From: Crocosphaera sp.
GTDB lineage: Bacteria; Cyanobacteriota; Cyanobacteriia; Cyanobacteriales; Microcystaceae
Assembly: GCA_030066295.1 (NCBI GenBank)
Contig: JASJBX010000056.1
Coordinates: 1-32,000 of the forward strand
Reading direction: 5' to 3'
Length of the DNA: 32,000 nucleotides
Shown here: one piece after another, positions 29,587 to 32,000 of the stretch
How the letters are laid out: each line of letters begins with the position of its first letter
Position numbering within the stretch: position 1 is the stretch's first letter
Translations under genes and position numbers: made by a program
The notes under the pieces: model-generated
Seen by the model: only the letters and a program-made list of their open reading frames with translations
Told to the model about the DNA's origin: nothing
Database searches by the model: none

Positions 29587-32000
29587 CTAACGAAACTGAG
29601 GATCGGTTGTCATTGGTGGAGGGGGTATAGTCAGTTCATCCCCCTCAGTTGTCTCTGATTCTGATAAGGTTCCAGAAGGAGATGTTGCTTGGCCATTCCC
29701 TCCTGTGGCCGAGTTAGGGGTATTTACATTCCCCCCAGTTTCCCCTGGTGTTGTGGTGGTAGAAGGGGACGGTAAATAGGTTTCAATGATAACCGAACGG
29801 GTTTTAGTTTGTCCTTGAGCATCGATCGCAGTTAATTGTAGCGTTTCGGTTTTGGGTTCGCGAGAGAGGTTATAAACTAATCCCCCAGAGGGTTCAACCG
29901 TACCGGGGGCCGGAAGCAATTCAACTTTAAGGGTGTTGTCTCCTTTGACTTGCCATTGTAGAGAAATCGCTTGTTTCTTTTCTAAATTAACTTGGTAACT
30001 GGGAGGGGTAGGGTTTCCATCCACATTAAACTGTAAAATTTCAATGGGAACCGGTTTGGCCGTAACCTCAATGGGTTCACTTTGCACCGATACCGGAGAA
30101 TGATGGAGATTATGGAGAGGAACTAGGGTTAATTGAAAGACGAATTTTCCCACATCTTTAACCTCAGTGGGAAAGTCATGACAAACTAACTGGTTTTGCT
30201 GGAGAGTACAGGAAGTAGGAAGCGGTTTAGAGGATGTTGGTTGAACAATGGTAACTTTTTCCTCAAAGGGTTTTTTGGAGTCAGTGGAACGAACGGAGAG
30301 GATTAACTGTTTGATGAAACGAAAATTATCAACAGTCCAGTTTAACTTAATTCCGTCTTTTACCCCCTCTATATATTTGGTATTAGTCGCTGTTAACTGG
30401 GACAAAGCAGGTTGAGGAATGGGACTAATAGAAATAAGAGAAGTCGTAACGGGAGGTAACGGGGTTGGTGGATCACCCTTGGGGGTTAAGGTGAGTTGAA
30501 AGCGATAATTTCCCGCTTTAAAGCCATCCGTTGGCACATTGGTACACAAGAGGGTTTGATCTAAAGAACAAAATTCTTGTAAGCTATCAGGAATCCCTTG
30601 ACTAAAATCATAGGAAATGGGTTGAGATAACACCTCTCCTTCGGGAGACACCCCCATCAATTGTAAGGTTGCCAGTTGTTGAGGATGGGCAATCTGCCAA
30701 TTTAAACGAATCACTTGGTTATCGATGGCATCATAGCGATTATTTTGGGGCGTAAACCTACTAACTTGGGGGTTTGGCGGCTTTTTGGTCAATAACCACC
30801 ACCCTAACCCCATTAAACCCGCTAACAGCAGTAAAATACCTAAAATACATAAATAGAGATGCCACCAGGGACGCTGTTTCCAAAGTAAAACCCCAGGAAG
30901 TCGAGAAATAGGCAAAGGAAGTCCTTGAAGATCCCTAACTTCTACGGTGAAATTGAACGCTCTGCCGGTAAAGGGACGTTTCCAAGGATGAGGCGGAATA
31001 ATGTGTAAATTAACCAGGGTTTGTTCTTGAGGATATAATTCGACAATGGTACGATCTAACCTGTATTGACACAGGCGATCGCCTTCTGTGTCGATCACCT
31101 CTAGTTGTAGTTTGCGGTTGGTATTCCCTTGATTGTCCAGGCGAATTTCATACCATCCTGGTTTGTCAATCACCGTTCCTACCTGGGTGATCAGTTGCCA
31201 ATCAACTTGATAGAGTGGGAGAACTTTGAGGTGAATTAAATCAAATAAAGCCAGATTGTCCCCATAATTGGTGGATAAAATTTGTAACGTTGGGGAATAG
31301 CGGCCCGCTTTGATCGTGGCAGGAAGGGTCAAAAAGAATTGAATTTGTCCCTTTTGTCCAGGGTTTAATTCTAATCCATCACTAGAGGTAATCATTCCCC
31401 CAACGGTAGCCGCATCCGGATAGATCACTTTAAACCAATCATCAGACAAGTCATCACAACTCAAATAAAAGCGATCGACTTGATTAGAGCGATTATGAAT
31501 GGTTAAGGTGAAGGGGGTTAAATCTCCACCCAGGACTTCTAGAGGGTTATCTGAGCGAGTCAGAGGAGAGATGGTAAAAGTTGGATCATTGAGATCACGG
31601 GTTTGCTCAATAGTAGGTAAAACTCGCACTTCTCCCCGATAAAATTTGGGTAGTTGCCCTTGATAATATGAAGGGGGAAGGACATCTTCTGAAAAGATGT
31701 CGAGTTTGAGACGATAAGAATAAACTTTTGGAAGAGCATCAATAGGAATGTCAAATTTAAAGATGAATTCACGAGTTTGCTCAGCCTCAATACCGAATGC
31801 TGTCTGAGGAGAAACACAGCATTGTGGCAACATTTCCCCGGGGTCTTCTATGGTGAGAGTAAGAACAACACTGTCTTGGCCCTTATTGGCAACGGTAACA
31901 CTCAGATAAAAGGTTTCCCCGGCTATGATTGAGACTTGGGAGGAAGGGTTGCGAATAACACCCAAGGGAAAATCAAGGCCATTTTGTTGTTGATTAAGTT
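29587..32000 (-). CDS. Large membrane protein with repeated Ig-like/NEW3-type beta domains, partial (5' end beyond window)
   Basis: Frame stays open to base 32000 (NLNQQQNGLDFPLGVIRNPSS upstream of the TTG chosen by the ORF track). One central TM segment (WWHLYLCILGILLLLAGLMGLGWWLL), repeated SQVSIIAGETFYLSVTVANKG / LTIHNRSNQVDRFYLSCDDLSDDWFKV modules, low-complexity Ser/Thr/Pro tail. Confidence 0.75.
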   Translation of the reverse strand, partial: LNQQQNGLDFPLGVIRNPSSQVSIIAGETFYLSVTVANKGQDSVVLTLTIEDPGEMLPQCCVSPQTAFGIEAEQTREFIFKFDIPIDALPKVYSYRLKLDIFSEDVLPPSYYQGQLPKFYRGEVRVLPTIEQTRDLNDPTFTISPLTRSDNPLEVLGGDLTPFTLTIHNRSNQVDRFYLSCDDLSDDWFKVIYPDAATVGGMITSSDGLELNPGQKGQIQFFLTLPATIKAGRYSPTLQILSTNYGDNLALFDLIHLKVLPLYQVDWQLITQVGTVIDKPGWYEIRLDNQGNTNRKLQLEVIDTEGDRLCQYRLDRTIVELYPQEQTLVNLHIIPPHPWKRPFTGRAFNFTVEVRDLQGLPLPISRLPGVLLWKQRPWWHLYLCILGILLLLAGLMGLGWWLLTKKPPNPQVSRFTPQNNRYDAIDNQVIRLNWQIAHPQQLATLQLMGVSPEGEVLSQPISYDFSQGIPDSLQEFCSLDQTLLCTNVPTDGFKAGNYRFQLTLTPKGDPPTPLPPVTTSLISISPIPQPALSQLTATNTKYIEGVKDGIKLNWTVDNFRFIKQLILSVRSTDSKKPFEEKVTIVQPTSSKPLPTSCTLQQNQLVCHDFPTEVKDVGKFVFQLTLVPLHNLHHSPVSVQSEPIEVTAKPVPIEILQFNVDGNPTPPSYQVNLEKKQAISLQWQVKGDNTLKVELLPAPGTVEPSGGLVYNLSREPKTETLQLTAIDAQGQTKTRSVIIETYLPSPSTTTTPGETGGNVNTPNSATGGNGQATSPSGTLSESETTEGDELTIPPPPMTTDPQFR

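Larger units (their letters stand above)
2823..31082. repeat. Dispersed HIP1 palindromes (GCGATCGC), 16 counted
   Basis: Seen at 2823, 4019, 5305, 5772, 8806, 12343, 13888, 15115, 15213, 15475, 18767, 18904, 22120, 24216, 24630, 31075. Confidence 0.9.

Noticed and set aside
1-32000. Defense system, CRISPR array, toxin-antitoxin pair or prophage
   Set aside because: No spaced direct repeats, Cas/TA/phage-like products or integrase found; the RecB-like TM0106 gene is a widespread stand-alone cyanobacterial gene without CRISPR context here.

Overview
This 32 kb window looks like an ordinary chromosomal segment of a unicellular, nitrogen-fixer-like cyanobacterium (Crocosphaera/Cyanothece-type, inferred from gene content and HIP1 palindrome density). 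It holds mostly housekeeping and conserved cyanobacterial genes: metH (partial, 5' end in window), a lysylphosphatidylglycerol synthase-like TM protein, an FxLYD-like secreted protein, a YggT family protein, a GTPase-DUF697 protein, a DUF427 protein, argC, ruvC, a NUDIX hydrolase, a PKHD-type dioxygenase, a Gly/Glu-repeat lipoprotein, a TM0106-like RecB nuclease, two tandem Tic22-like genes, prmC, an MscS channel, cbiM/PDGLE/cbiQ, a lipoate-protein ligase-like gene, moaC, glutaredoxin, a GNAT protein, fused panC-cmk, rlpA, a tocopherol cyclase, a saccharopine dehydrogenase-like oxidoreductase, and a large partial membrane protein with NEW3/CARDB-like repeats. I found no CRISPR array, no intact mobile element, no rRNA or tRNA, and no convincing novel multi-gene system. 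The items most worth a second look are: a structured ORF-less RNA-like segment directly upstream of argC that resembles the 5' domains of a group II intron; an isolated strong terminator at 16165-16196 suggesting a small RNA; a long perfect two-part hairpin between the second tic22-like gene and prmC; decayed gene remnants at 2.4-2.9 kb; the repeat lipoprotein at 10.7 kb; and the saccharopine dehydrogenase-like gene next to tocopherol cyclase.
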